Numbered from the whole stretch's first letter, positions 1 to 13,435 are shown. The stretch: DNA of 63,775 bases, filler included, from Vannella sp. (GCA_023345925.1; 6 parts of 6 records of this genome joined end to end with filler, not necessarily neighbours in it); one strand, 5' to 3'. Notes: generated from the sequence alone by a model not told the origin. Numbers and translations are program-made.

Positions 1-433
1 AAAAAATGAAATCTGGCCTTGCTCTCAGACCTTGGCGATGACCATCTCATTCGGGACCTTCTGGTGAAGCCAGGAGAACCGCTCTCCAAGTGGAGAGTTC
101 ATATCCGCTGCTCCATTGAAAAGTGCTTCTACATTCGACTGGCTCCAATGCGAATGACGATTTTATATGTTTTTAAGAGGGTCACTTTTCCTTCGCTTCG
201 AAGAGGATGGTCAAATGAACCGAAAAAGTACCTCAACCAAAACACACAAAAAGTTCATTGGTAAAGGTCTGGATCGAATTTAGAGATACTTTTCAACCAT
301 GGCTAGCGGGAGTCCCTTCTCTCTCGTTCCAGCCAGAGTGACCCTGAAGAACTTGAATTTCCCCCACATGAGCGAATAGATTGAAATTCTTCATAAATAT
401 GGAAGATTGAGGCTGTTATTGTCTTTTCATTCG

Positions 434-1571
434 ATGCAGCCTTCGGAGGTGAGTGCCGTTGGGTGCCTCTTTTGTGTGCTCTGTTGCTGATGGTGACTTG
501 AATATAATAGACGAGTGAACCACCTCGAGGACCGCCACCACGACCACCTACAAAGCCAGTGCCGGTCTCTCAACCAGCGGATGTTCCTTCGTTTGGTTCT
601 ATAGGTCCTCCGAGTCGCCCCGTTCGCCCCTTGTCGATGATGCCGAAGACAGGGACATCATCACCATCAATAACGAGCCCCATCCGAACAGCAAACCCGC
701 CATTCGCGAAGCCTCCTTCAGCTCAGAGCCGCCGTCTGGTCTCCCCTTCCCGAGCGGAACACCCGGCCCATCCTACTCCCACGGCGGACAGGGCCAAGTC
801 ACCCCCCAGGAACCCTCTCAGCCCCCTCATTCCCCTCAAGCCAGCTGCTCGTCCTGAGTCAACAGCTGGGCCTTCTGAGGAGGTTGAAGATCGTCCCTTC
901 GTTGCTGGCAACGTCAAACGTGCCTCGATGGCTCTTGCTCACTTGGACCTTCGAAAGGGTCAAGGTCCCATGGGGCCGATGCTCGGGGCCAAGTCAATGA
1001 CGACACTCCCTCTCTCATCATCCCCTCAACCACATAACGACCCTCCCACTCCCCTCTCCCCTCCCACCTCCACCAGGGTTGAAGAGCTGATAAGTGGAAA
1101 GAAGAACCGAGTTCAATCGATGAGGATCTTCAAGAAACGAACGGTACGTGACCCAGAGGCCACCAGTTATCTGTTCTCACGATCCTTCGTCAGGATCTGG
1201 ACCCTGAGGACGTGGAGAGGAGTATGTCGGGTGAGATGGTTGTCAAAGGTGGCTGGGGTAAAACAGAAGACAGCCCCCTCGCAAAGAAGCTGGCCAAAGA
1301 GCAGGAGAAGATGATGAAGGAGAAAGAGGTCATCAACACTCAGTCCAAGAACTTTGGATCAGAGAATGCACGTCTAGTGAAGTGGAGGTCAATGCTGGAG
1401 AAGATCCAAGAGGAGGAAGCCGAACAAGTCCGCCAACTTGAAGAAGAGGTCGCTGCTCTCGCTCGAGAACGAGACGAATACGCTGAACGAGTAGGAAAAC
1501 TTGAAGAGCAATGTATGGGTCTCTTCACTGTCCTTGATGGCACCGCAAAGAACCTCAAAGCAGCACTGTAA
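434..1571 (+). CDS. Hypothetical protein, Pro-rich N-terminus and C-terminal coiled coil (introns ~449-510 and ~1144-1193)
   Basis: ATG 434; GTGAGT..TAG and GTACGT..CAG introns join ORFs 559-1314 and 1212-1571 in frame. Confidence 0.65.
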
Positions 1572-1743
1572 GTGTCCCCACCAGCCAACTGGACGTTCTA
1601 ACTCCCCCTCTTTAGTAAGCGATAACAGCACTTGCTGTTTGTAATTATAAAAGTAAAGGATTGAATTCAGACAAAACGCTCATTTTCCGGGTCGCCTTTG
1701 TAGGTGAACGCCCCGTGCGCCCCTCCGTGCTGACTGTTTGCAG

Positions 1744-2625
1744 ATGACGACACTTCGTTTGGTCTCTGGGACCTTCGCTATGCAAGGTCTAAGACCTACT
1801 ATGGAGGACGAGCATGTTTCTATTGACAACCTCGACGAGGAGTTCGAGGAGCAGGTAAAGAGCTTCTCTGGACCAAAGGCATACTACGGCATCTACGACG
1901 GTCATCGGGGTAGTAGAGCTGCTGAATATGCTGCTGAATACCTTCACAGCAACATTTTGGAACACCCTTCCTTCCCTACGGATCCTAAGATCGCACTGGC
2001 GGAAGCTTTCGTGTCAACCGATGAAGCTTTCCTTGAGAAGGCACGCTCCAAGGAAGATAAGTGGAACGATGGGTGTACAGTTGTTGTTGCTATTGTCCTT
2101 GGAACCAAGCTGTACATTGCCAACTGTGGAGACGCAGAAATTCTTCTTGGGCGCAAGAAAGAAGACAGCGACGAAGTGGAAGCGATCGAGCTTACGCACA
2201 AGCACAAACCCACAGATCCTGAAGAAAAGGAACGTATCAAAGCACAAGGTGGAATGGTCCTTGCTGGACGGGTTGGCGGAGCATTGGCTGTCGCCCGAGC
2301 CTTCGGTGACCTCGAGTTCAAAACACCCTTTCAAGATGGGACCCTATTGATCGGCAAACTCATCACGGCAGAGCCTCATGTCGCTTGTCTAGATCTCATT
2401 CCCGAAAGAGATCAATTCCTCATTGTTGGTTGTGATGGCGTGTGGGAGAGGATGGCTCACCAAGACTCAGTCTCATTCGTGGCCGAGTACATCACAACAG
2501 ACGGACCTGAAGCTACCAGCGAGATGCTGGTGAATCGAGCATTCTCCCAAAAGTCTCAAGACAACATAAGCAGCACCGTCATCCAGTTCATTTGGAACGA
2601 AACGGAAACGCCCAAACCCGAGTAA
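1744..2625 (+). CDS. Protein phosphatase 2C (PPM family)
   Basis: QGxRxxMEDEH, YDGH, ANCGD, LAVARAFGD, CDGVW and DN motifs. Confidence 0.96.
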   Translation: MTTLRLVSGTFAMQGLRPTMEDEHVSIDNLDEEFEEQVKSFSGPKAYYGIYDGHRGSRAAEYAAEYLHSNILEHPSFPTDPKIALAEAFVSTDEAFLEKARSKEDKWNDGCTVVVAIVLGTKLYIANCGDAEILLGRKKEDSDEVEAIELTHKHKPTDPEEKERIKAQGGMVLAGRVGGALAVARAFGDLEFKTPFQDGTLLIGKLITAEPHVACLDLIPERDQFLIVGCDGVWERMAHQDSVSFVAEYITTDGPEATSEMLVNRAFSQKSQDNISSTVIQFIWNETETPKPE

Positions 2626-2709
2626 TCGTTGTACCATCACACCGCAAAGAATAAAGATCGTCTAAAGCGAAAAGGATACACAAACATTTAGTAGCTCTGT
2701 CAGTGCGTC

Positions 2710-3260
2710 TTAACGGCCCTTGCCAGCAGCCTTCTGGTTCTTGACACGCACATCCTTCTTGCCGGCAGCGTTGACCTTGGGCTTAGCGGCTTGGGCCTTC
2801 TTGCGCTCCTCCTTCGCCTTTCTCAGGGCGGCATCGCGGGCACTCTGCTTCTGCTCAGGCTTCATGGTCCTTCTCTTGGTGATCAACTCAACAGATGCAC
2901 CGACGATGGCGCGGGTGACCTTTTGAGCCTTTCGGGTTCGCTTGCGCTTAGTATCCTCGGTGAGTCCCTTCTTGTGGATCTTTCGGAACACCATTGTCCA
3001 GGGAACCTTGCGGGGGTTCTTCTTGTCCAAGAAGTGTTTCTCGATCTTCTTGCTGATAATCCAGTATTGCTGTTACAGCGCATTAGCGCATACTGATGAG
3101 AAAGTGGCGGTGCTACTCACGCGGCAGTCATTTCGGATGAGCTTCTTGCCGTGTCCGGGGTGGATGCGGAAACCGCTGAAAACGCAAACCTCAACCCTGC
3201 AGAGAACTAAGTTAGTTCATCGTCCCTTGGCGCGGTCTGGGGCCGTGGTACCCACTTCAT
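2710..3260 (-). CDS. RPL24: 60S ribosomal protein eL24, 2 introns, 5-nt first coding exon
   Basis: Spliced product MKVEVCVFSGFRIHPGHGKK...KKNPRKVPWTMVFRKIHKKG...RAIVGAS. Confidence 0.93.
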
Positions 3261-3475
3261 GGCAGAGCAGCGAGAGAAAAAAGGGTTCGGGAGAGAAACC
3301 GCAACGAAAATTTCCGTAATTATTCCAAGTCCACCCAACATCAAAAGAATGAAATCAGCGATGTTTAGTAGCCAAAAAATTCTTTCTGAGGCGATGGAAT
3401 CAGAACCAGATCACTTCCCAGCTTTTTTTGTTTGGTTCCCTTTGCTGCTCATTCTTTCTCTTCCCTGCCCGAAAC

Positions 3476-6400
3476 ATGAGCCCAACCCCGGACCCAGGAA
3501 AACAAAAAACAAGGAAGATACGGAATGTGCATGCGTATGTGGTAGGCAAACGATCTATCTCACTCCACGAGGCAGCATCAGAAGGAAACCTATCTCTCCT
3601 CCAGGGCATCCTCTCTGCACTTGATGAGGATCGCCAGTTCCTCATCAATGAGAAGTGTGGAAAGGGACTTACACCCCTTCATTATTCCTGCATATCAGGA
3701 TCTCTGGAGTGCGTGAAGCATCTCACAGAAAGGAATGCCGACCACTCTGCTGTCAACTTGAAGGGGAGGACCGCCTTCCACCTTGCCATTCAGCATGGAA
3801 GTATTGAGATCGTCAACTATTTGGTGCAATGCAATGAGAAGCTCAAGCTCCCTCTTCAATTGGACGACCGCAAAGGGCTCCTTCCCATCCATTTTGCAGC
3901 GAAGAGCGGTTGCTTGAAAGTGTACAACCTCATCCATGACTTGGATCCAAGCCAATGCACCAAAACCACTCGTGATGGACAGAACGTCATTCATCTTGCG
4001 TGTGAGAAGGGACACTTTGCCCTTGTTCAGCAGCTTCTTGAGAGTTGGGATGTTCAGTATCAGAACCCGCCAATACCCTCACAGAGTTCTACCGATGCAG
4101 GAAATACCCTTAATGCAACTCGAGAGTCTCCATACAAGTATCCCCAGAACCGTCCTGACTCACGCGGCAACAGTCTGCTCCACTTCGCTGCCTTTAGTGG
4201 CAACCTGGAACTCTACACCTTTATTGAGAAACACCGCGAGTCAGCTTCACTCCTTACCAACCGAAACAGCTATGGACATGTCCCAATATTCGAAGCAGCC
4301 ATCTCGGGAAACCTGGAACTGATTAAGTATATTCTTGAGCAGCACCCTGAAGCCGCAAACGAGATTTCAAACGAAGGTAGTACACCTCTCTTTGCATCTT
4401 TGAGAGGTGGTGCTGAGCTTGAAGTGGTCAAACACCTCTTTTCCTTACAAATCAATCATCATCACGTGGACGAAGCAGGGAGGAATATGTTTCACCATGC
4501 GGCCAGTGGCTCCACCGTTTCTGTTCTTAGCTATCTGGAAAAGGAGGTGGAGAAAAGCTCCGAGATGATGACTTCTCTGACAGGCGATAACCAGAGTATT
4601 CTGCATTTCGCGATGGAATCCTCTGACGACACCTTGATTCGCTGGCTATTAGAAGACTCTCCCTGTTCTGAAAGAACAGTCAGCCTGCAAGGGCTTATCT
4701 CCCATGTTGACAATAATTCCTACTCCTTGATTCATGCTGCTTGCCTGACAGGAAACCTCCCAGCTTTGAAGTATCTGATGGAGAAACATAGGAACACCTT
4801 CAATTTGACTAGAGACATGGAACAAGTGCCTTACTCTTGCCTTGTCCAACAGCACAACATTCATATCCTACAATACCTCTTAGCAATTGAAGAGATCCGC
4901 GAAAGTAGGAGCCACAAGGCACTCATTCACAATCTTGCATCATGCCGCGATGAAGAATACTTCCGTCAAACGGTCCATGATCTGAAGCTCGATATCAATG
5001 AGCGGGATAGCAGAGGATTTATTGCAGCCCATTTCGCTGCTCTTAATGGCAACTATCTTGTTCTCAAGGTACTACTAGATGAGCCCGGTGCAAATGTAGC
5101 TGCTAAGTCAGCGGACGGGTTTACTCTTCTTCATTGCGCCTCTGAGGGCGGCAATCTTTCCATTGTCAAGGACCTTGTGGAGAAACACTTTCCCCAAAAT
5201 CTCGACTGTCCCTTAGAAGACGGTACTACACCACTGGCCCTGGCTGTCAAGGAGTGCAATAGCGATGTTGTGGAATATTTGATCAAGAATGGAGCCGATG
5301 TGAACGCTGTGACCGCCAATCAGGTCTCTGTACTTCATCTTGCTTGTGCAAATGGATACACACACCCTTGGATAAGAGTGGTAAGTGCTTTCTCTCATTT
5401 AAGATGTGTCATATACTAACAATCTGGCTGAGTAGAAGGCAATTATTGAGGAGTTGTTGCATGCAGGAGCTTGGAGGAGTCTTCGAGTCGAAGCGACATG
5501 GGGAGGCGGCAGCTCTGATACTCCTTTTGAATTTGCTTCAAACAGATTGATCTGCAACTTGCTTGCAAAGCACGATCCCTCCTTGGAAGTAGAAAAGATC
5601 TTTATTCCAAGATCTTCTATTTCCAAGTACATCACGTCAGTTCTTCACCAGTTGCTTTGCTCTGTATCTAATTGTTTTGAGTTTAGAGATGACTATAGTT
5701 GCGGGCAAGGCGGATACTCTCGAGTCTATAAAGGCTACTTGCATGGCACTCCTGTGGCTATCAAGTGCCTCACGCTGGAGTCACCCGATCAAGAGTATCT
5801 CTTCAGACTGGAAGTGGGGATCATGTCTTTGATTCGTCATCCTAACATCTGCGCGTTGATGGGTGCATCAATTGAGAAGGACTCGTACTGTCTGATTATG
5901 GAGTACATTCCCAAAACGTTGGAATCTGTCATTGACGCCTTGGATTTGGATTTCACCTCACTCCTCAATTATGCGATTGATACATCTCGAGGCATGCTTT
6001 GGCTGCACAAACAGTAAGCTCCTCATTCTTAACTTCTGCATTATCTCACCACATTTAAAGGCAACCAGTTATCCTCCACCGGGACCTCAAAGCAGACAAC
6101 GTCCTCATTGATAATGGACGAGCAAAAGTGTCTGACTTTGGTCTTTCAGCTCTATTTGATCCATTGACAAAACAATTGGTTGTGAGAAAGAATGTCAAAC
6201 TCTACCATAGAACAGCTCCCGAGGAAGTGCGAAAGAGGCAAGAGTACTCTATCCAATCTGACATCTATTCATTTGGTTGCTGCTTGTTTCACATGTATAC
6301 AATGGAGCCCTTTGATAACCAGAAGTCTCTGAGCCAATCATCCAAACTCAAAGAAGTTATCCAGAGGTGCACCGCTTGGTTTCCTAATGTTCGATACCAA

Positions 6401-6589
6401 TCTTTTGAAGAGATTCTCGACATTCTCAACGAAATAGTGGCCAATCCAGCCCTCTTCGAGTCAGAAAGTCGCACGAGAGACTCTTGTGAAGTCCTTGTCC
6501 CCCGACTCAAGGAAGAAAGTTCTGCAACCCCCAAACCGGGCGAATGCAATGATGAACAGAACAATCATGGTTATACCACCAATTTCTGA
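3476..6589 (+). CDS. Ankyrin-repeat protein kinase (many ANK repeats plus TKL-like kinase domain), several introns
   Basis: Repeated GxTPLHxA-type motifs; kinase motifs GQGGYSRVY, VAIK, HRDLKADNVL (~6077), DFG. Confidence 0.9.
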
Positions 6590-6695
6590 CCATGATAAAC
6601 AACGCCATTTACTATTTGATGCGCAAAGAGTCATTCAGTCTGGTCCGTTCTCATTCCATTCCATTTCCATTCTCAGTTCCCTCCTTCATTTGTTA

Positions 6696-7919
6696 ATGGC
6701 GGTGAGAGCTGTGATCAGTGAGGCGATGAGGCTCTCCTTTCCAGCTACAAATGTGGTATCTATTGATCCACATCTGATTGATGATAGTCTTCTGCTTCAG
6801 CATGTCATCCCCATCCTTACTGGAGGAGACATTGTTGCCCTTCCTACAGAGACCGTTTATGGGCTTGCTGGCAACGCACTAGACTACCTTGCAGTATCTC
6901 GCATCTTCCAAGCTAAGGGACGCCCATCTGATAACCCGCTGATCGTTCACATCAGCAATATGGAGCAACTGCAACGCTTGGTAGCTCCCAGCGCACTCCC
7001 TCAGCCTGGCTCGCTGGTGCAAAGGCTATGTGATCGCTTCTGGCCTGGTCCTTTAACGATTGTCTTCCCCAAACACGAGTCTGTCCCGGACAACGTCACA
7101 GGGGGACAGCCGCACGTCGCTATTCGGATGCCATCGCATCCTATCGCCCGGAGGATCATCGAATTGAGCGGACTTCCACTCGCAGCACCTTCAGCGAACC
7201 GTTCAGGTCGTCCCAGCCCAACCTGTGCGGCCCACGTCCTTGAGGATCTTGGTCGCGAGAAGGAGCTTCCAGAAGGAGGCTCAGAGAGTGCCTTTGTGTT
7301 TGGCCAAGGGACAGGTGTTGGCTGCATCGTTGACGGAGGATACTGTGACGTCGGAGTGGAGAGTACTGTAGTCCGAGCAGAGACTTTCGAGGTCCTTCGC
7401 CCTGGAACTGTCACCTTGGAGCAGTTGCGCACCATCGACGAAAGATTCCATCTTTTTGGGGCTATGAAACATGTACACAAGGCCACAGAGGACCTCACAG
7501 AGGAGGAGAAGGAGGCCATCAATGTCCCCAGCACTCCTGGTCTCAAGTACACTCACTATGCGCCATCAGCCCCGGTGATTCTCTTTGAGTTCACACAGCC
7601 TTGGACTTCTTTCCGCCATAGCATTGTAGAATACGTGCAGAAGCGGCTGAGAGAGGAGCCCCAGCTCAAGTTAGCGCTCCTCCACGTCCACGAGGATCTT
7701 ATCTACGAGGACCTCCCTTCCTCTGTTCTTGTCTATCCTATTGGATCCACTTCTGATCCAGCTGCCATTGCACGCGCGCTCTTTGCAGCCTTCCGCGATC
7801 TGGATGGACAATCGATCGACGAGATCGTGATGGAAGGCGTTGAAGAGAGCAACGAAGGCCTCGCTGTCATGAACCGAGCACGCAAGGCTGCTCGTACAGT
7901 CATCGAACCTTCTACATGA
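6696..7919 (+). CDS. SUA5: Threonylcarbamoyl-AMP synthase (YrdC plus Sua5 C-terminal domain)
   Basis: PTETVYGL, KGRPSDNPLIVH, FWPGPLT, APSANRSG, GVESTV, PGLKYTHYAP. Confidence 0.95.
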   Translation: MAVRAVISEAMRLSFPATNVVSIDPHLIDDSLLLQHVIPILTGGDIVALPTETVYGLAGNALDYLAVSRIFQAKGRPSDNPLIVHISNMEQLQRLVAPSALPQPGSLVQRLCDRFWPGPLTIVFPKHESVPDNVTGGQPHVAIRMPSHPIARRIIELSGLPLAAPSANRSGRPSPTCAAHVLEDLGREKELPEGGSESAFVFGQGTGVGCIVDGGYCDVGVESTVVRAETFEVLRPGTVTLEQLRTIDERFHLFGAMKHVHKATEDLTEEEKEAINVPSTPGLKYTHYAPSAPVILFEFTQPWTSFRHSIVEYVQKRLREEPQLKLALLHVHEDLIYEDLPSSVLVYPIGSTSDPAAIARALFAAFRDLDGQSIDEIVMEGVEESNEGLAVMNRARKAARTVIEPST

Positions 7920-8311
7920 ACCCACAACCCATAATCCCCCACGCCCCAAGCAGCAAGGCACCTTCCATCGGCGGTCTTGAGAAGGTCGCTAATATGAGAA
8001 ATACACTCTGTACGACTAGCACCGCTTGGTGCCATGAGTTATGCAATTTTCCTTTTCTCTAAAGTCTTCTCCAACCTTCGGCCGCTTAGTGGCTTCTCAG
8101 CGGACTTTCATTTCGCTGAGGAATCCGCTGCAGGTACACTTACTCTATCTTCCCTCCTTCACCTTCCTGGATGCTACTCTACACTGAGCTGAGTCTAGCC
8201 TGTTGGGAGGGTCCGACACTGGATAGTGACTTGGTGATCTTCTCAATGAAGGGAATGCTCTTCTCTGGATGACTGGTGAAGGGATGCAGAGCAGTCACAG
8301 AAAGGAAATGT

Positions 8312-8899
8312 CTATTTCTCAATTGGGGGGCACACGAAGGCTCTCGAGAACGGACGGTAGGTGGACTCCAATGTCCAGTGGACCGCGTGATCGATAGGCT
8401 TCATTACCACCGGAATCGTGAGCAATCCAGCTCCCACGCACATCCAACGAAGTGGGCCAGGTGCGACTTTCGAGTATCTTTGGAGAAGGTAGCGAGTACC
8501 TGCAACAGCTCGGTTGATAAAGAAGGGAGGAACAACCAAACTGGCGAGAGTTTGCCATGTCCCCGTGTAAAGACCTGCATCTACAGCCCTTCTCAATGCA
8601 TAAGATTGGCCTTCTCCTTGGGAAATCGACACCTTGATCCGGATGGATCAGAGTCTACCCTTAACACAGCTCGGATCTCTAACCTTGTGTGCAGTGCGGG
8701 TCTTATCCGTAACATCTGCTGCAGCATAGACAAAAGCAACGCCGTAGGTTGCTGTGACGATCCAAGAGGGAAGCAGCGGGCGGAAAGCCTCGCCCAACTC
8801 ATTCGCGTACCCCAAGAACCTGATAGGACTATCTTTGAACTTGTCATAACCTTGCTCATGCTCGATCTCCTTCACTGGAGAAGAGGCAACGCCAGACAT
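8312..8899 (-). CDS. MTFP1: Mitochondrial fission process protein 1 (MTP18), 1 intron
   Basis: DSPIRFLGYANELGEAFRP and WQTLASLVVPPFFINR...PIDHAV motifs. Confidence 0.9.
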
Positions 8900-9119
8900 C
8901 CAAAAGGCGGGCTGAAAAAAAATGGCACGATTTAGAAGAATTCCGGAAGAAGCCTTTGTTGGGTTCTTAAAGTTATCAATAATATTGAAGGATAAGTAGG
9001 ATTTGAATGAATGAATGCCATTTTTCAAAGTTGCGAGGGGAAAGTTGAAGAATTTTCCTTGGCAATTTCTACGTGCCACAGAGCTGGCATCTTTTTCCTC
9101 TCTGATGCTCACCAACACG

Positions 9120-10033
9120 ATGAAACCCATCCGCATGCGCGTGCCAAAGAAACATGTGGGTATAGACGTGCAGTCATACTGTTCTGTGGAGTGGCCACAG
9201 TTAAGTGCAGCTCTCTTTCGCCTGCTTACCAACGCCAACCACGCACTTCCGGCGGATAGTCTCTACAAGTACGTGGATACTCACACTGCTTACTTCCTTG
9301 GAGTTACTGAACGCCTATAGCTTGGTCTATCGGATCTGTACTGCTGGGTTGATGGACCGGTGCTACCAGGATTTGAGAATCTTTGTTGCAGGTGGGCGCC
9401 TCCTCTTCTTTTCCTCCTTCCTGCTGACTGTCGCGCAGGCTTTCTAGATAAGGCTAGAAACAAACTATCACAGGCTGCTCCCAACAAGTTCTATCGCCTC
9501 CTGGCGGACATTGTGGGGAATTATCGGGTGGCCCTTGAGAAGATGAAGGTGATCTTCGCCTACTTGGTAGGTGGATCCTATCAACTAACTGACTACCAGC
9601 ACTAATCACTGAGCAGGAGCGCCAGTACGTGTCAAAGCAACTCAAGATGAACCTCCATGAAGAGCTGGAGCGCGAATTGGGCCAACGGGTAGTTTGCTCG
9701 GAAGTTGTACATGAGCACCTCCGAAGGGTCCTTCCCATGACTCTACCAGGTGCTTGGCAGTCCTCCATTGCAGCACAAGAAGAGCAGAGTACAGACATCA
9801 TTTTTCTTCACCCAACCACGCTACAGACGCTCTGTCAGTGTTTGTATCACTTCGACCAGCACTACGCTAGCTACAACCCCACTCTCTTTGCTCTGTACAT
9901 CCCCCGCTTGATCCCTGATCAAGGGCTCATCAAAGAACGAGAGGAAACGCTTCTCTTCTTTGCTAGATGGAACTCCAGCCCGCACCAACCCACCAAGAGG
10001 AAGCTGACATCGACCCTCATCGGTCCTCTGTGA
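9120..10033 (+). CDS. CACUL1-like protein (cullin N-terminal-repeat only), 3 introns
   Basis: Recalled similarity to CACUL1: YxxxEWPQLxAAxxxLL, VYRIC, IFAYL..YVSKQL, PTTL..LY...PTLFALYIP. Confidence 0.7.
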
Positions 10034-10088
10034 CCCAGAGAGGACCTTCGGTGATTGTAAATAATGACTCATTTCACCTCATTGCGCC

Positions 10089-11518
10089 ATGTCCTGGTTC
10101 CTTCGGCAGATGGTGTCGGGGGACAGCATTCGCTTCCAAGACGAGGAGTTCGACCTGAATCTGTCGTACATCACTCCAAGGATCGTTGGTGGGTTGCTTT
10201 GCTTGTTGGGCGATGTCGCTGACCTTGAAAAGGGATGGGGTTTCCCGCTTCGGGCGTGGAAGGGATGTTCCGCAACTCGGTGGTGGAAGTGGCTCAGTTT
10301 CTCCTTGAGAAACACCAAGACCGCTTCATGATCTACAACCTCAGTGAGCGCACGTATGACTACTCTCTCTTCCATGATCAGGTAATGCATTTACCCCTTT
10401 GGAAGAGCTTTTTTGACTCTCGAAGGTTCTCGACTTTGGTTTCCCCGATCATCACAACCCCCCTCTTCTACTCATGTTCACCATCATCCAGTCTATCCAC
10501 TCGTGGCTCTGTGCAGATCCCCAGAACATTGTGGCAGTGCATTGCTTGGTACGCCTCCTTCCCCCGTCCCCTCCCTCATATCTCCCTTCAGGCAGGAAAG
10601 GGAAGAACTGGAACCATCATTGCGTGTTACCTCATCTACGCAGGCTTAGTATCAGGGCCAACAGAGGCGTTAGAATACTACGCTTCTCAAAGGTCTCACA
10701 TCAACAAAGGGGTCACGCGACCCTCACAGAAACGGTTTGCACCCTATCGGTATGGTCTACCCCCTCTGACCTTCACGGTGGTAGTTATGTTCAATACTTC
10801 TACGACGTATGCTGTGGGTTGAAGAGTTACAAGAGTGTCCCCAAAACCTTGAAGAGAGTGGAGTTTGGACCCATCCCTTGGGCCATGAGCGGAACTGAGG
10901 ACCTTTGTATTACAATGGAAGTCCATGAAATGAGTACCAGTTGCTCTCTATCCCCAGCAGAGGGTAGAGCAAACACAACTGCTAAAGTTGCAGAGACTTG
11001 CGTCTTTCACTCAGGAAAGACCAACAATACCATCGATATAAGCGTAGACGATGGCTACGTATCGTTCCAAATGGCAGGAGTTATCGTGCGGGGTGATGTC
11101 AACATCCGTTTCACCCAACCTGCCCGTGGATGGTTCTCTACACAAGAGGCTTCTCTTCTGAGAGTTTCCTTTCACACAGCGCATTTACCTGAGAACCACA
11201 TCCTTTGCTTTAAGAAAGCAGATATCGGGGAGGCGCACAAAGACCACAGGTAAAGTGAAAGTGACTTATCTAGACACTATTGACCTTTTCGGCAGATTTG
11301 CGGAGAACTTTGAGCTTCTCCTCTTCTTTGAGCACTGCGAAGGCGAGTTGGAAGGCCCTTGTCACTGGACCGAAGAGTCCTGTACCAAGTTTATTGAAAT
11401 TGTAAGTCCAACAACCACCAATCCCAATATTCCCCTTCTCACGCCAAACCAGTCTCAACAATTACAAGCTTCCTCCAAAGAAAACCAGTCTTATCTACAA
11501 ATCCCGGAAATTGTGTAA
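10089..11518 (+). CDS. PTEN-like phosphatase with C2 domain, several introns
   Basis: RQMVS..RFQDEEFDLNLSYITPRI, MGFPA, YNLS, FPDH, spliced HCLAGKGRTG, GVTRPSQKR, C2-like RGDV. Confidence 0.9.
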
Positions 11519-11609
11519 TTAAATTGAATTAGCATAATTTTGATCGTTCAAAGAAACATCGGAAACCAACCAACCAAAAGTTTTAGCAGACTCTCTCCTC
11601 GCCGGCGTG

Positions 11610-12854
11610 ATGGCGGACATCCAAGCTCGCATCGAAGCAGCTCGTGCACAGAGCCAACAGTTGGAACAACAGCTCCGTGGGGCTATTGATTCACGAAAGG
11701 ACAAACTGCGTAGGTTGCCACTCGTTTGAGCTGTTGGGCGCGTTGCTGACGAAAGGTTGGGCAGTCAAGGACGAATGCTCTGGCTTGGCTGCTGCTGCTA
11801 AGCCTGCCATCAGGGCCAAGAGAACGTTGAAGGGTCACATGGGAAAGGTTTATTCGATGCATTGGTCAGAGACTGGAACCGAACTTGTGAGCTGCGGTCA
11901 AGACGGTGTGCTCATCGTCTGGGACGGTTTGTCGGCCAACAAATCTCACGCTGTACCACTTACCTGCGCTTGGGTAATGACTTGTGGCTTCGCTCCTTCT
12001 GGAGAGTTCGTTGCGAGCGGTGGACTCGACAACATCTGTTCCGTATTCAACCTCTCCAAGTTGGACAGCAACAACGGAGCACCCGCTGTTGAGCTTAATG
12101 GACATAACGGACACCTGTCCTCCTGTCGATTCCTCTCTTACCAACAAATCCTTACCAGCTCAGGTGACAAGACCTGCATGCTCTGGGATGTCGAAACGGG
12201 AACCTGTGTTAGCACCTTCGCAGAGCACTCTGGTGATGTTCTAAGGTACGACTTGATTTTTACTCTTTTTCTCTGTTTAAAGCTGACGCTGTGGCCAGCG
12301 TTTCAGTCTCCCCTGACAGAAACTTCTTCGTGTCCGGTTCAGTCGATCACACATCGAAACTGTACGACTTCCGAACAAACGGAATCGCTCAAATGCGCTT
12401 CGTTGATCATACTAACGACGTCAACTCGGTCTCGTAAGCTTCTTTCAACGGCGACTACTCAATTGGGCTGATCTTTGTGGCAGATTCTTCCCTAATGGCC
12501 AAGCCTTCGGAACTGGTTCAGAAGATGGAACTGCTAAGCTCTATGACACCCGTTTCTCAGGGGCTTTAGCTTCCTTCGACACTGACAAAGACGGTGGTGT
12601 GACCTCTGTGGCCTTCTCTGGACAGGGTCGCTACACGTTCACTTCCTACAGCACGAACCCCGCCATTAAGATCTGGGACACCATGAAGGGCAACCAGCTG
12701 ATGGAGCTCAAGGGCCACAAGGAGCGCGTCTCCTCAGTTGGCGTGTCTGGTGATGGCCAGGCACTCGCAAGTTCTTGCTGGGACCGGACCTTGAGGGTAA
12801 GAACTCTCCTCTCCTCTTTGAAAGGTCTAACCCTCCCTCCAGATCTATGCTTAA
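11610..12854 (+). CDS. Heterotrimeric G protein beta subunit (WD40), 4 introns
   Basis: N-terminal coiled coil, RTLKGHMGKVYSMHW, WVMTC, ASGGLDNICS, TSSGDKTC, GHKERVS. Confidence 0.92.
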
Positions 12855-13435
12855 GCGTGGGTCAACTACCACAACTTCCGATGCTGCTCGTTCCTTTGTA
12901 CAAGAATAAACCAACCTCCCACTTACTTGTGGCTGCCAGATGGCCTCCTACTTCATGGCGAGGCCAAGGTTTCTCCCCAATGCCTCATCATCAAGGCCTC
13001 CTGCGAGCTTCTGACGGGTTTCTGTCGATATCTGGCACCTGGTATGAGAACGCTCGTTGGCTTCTTTTCGCAACATGTGAAGCGTTCCACATCCCCCTTG
13101 AGAGAAGGGAAGAGGGGCCCTCTTCTGAACCTTCCCAGCCTTTTGGATTCTCCCTTCCCGGCTCCTTCACGAATATACGGAGAGATACCGGCACTTTGCT
13201 CTCATCTCGCAATGAAGGTCTCTTGTGCATATTGAGGGGCCCAATCTCTCAAGTGATACTTGGTCGAGTTAAAGCACTGCAGGGACCGTTTCCCCTTTCC
13301 AGAGATGAAAGGTTCGATCACACGTACGTTCTTAATGATTGGGAAGGTTGGCTTCTTGAGAGGGAGACTCCTCACGACTTGAGAGTGGCAAGGCCGTCAC
13401 TTGTCGGCTGTTTGCTTCATTTTTTTGCTGGGGCC

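Noticed and set aside
12900..13400. ~500-nt unexplained gap and the 348-aa ORF 12599-13645 bridging G-beta and the next gene
   Set aside because: The ORF is read-through of a G-beta intron; no protein motif or recognisable ncRNA found in the gap, which remains unresolved
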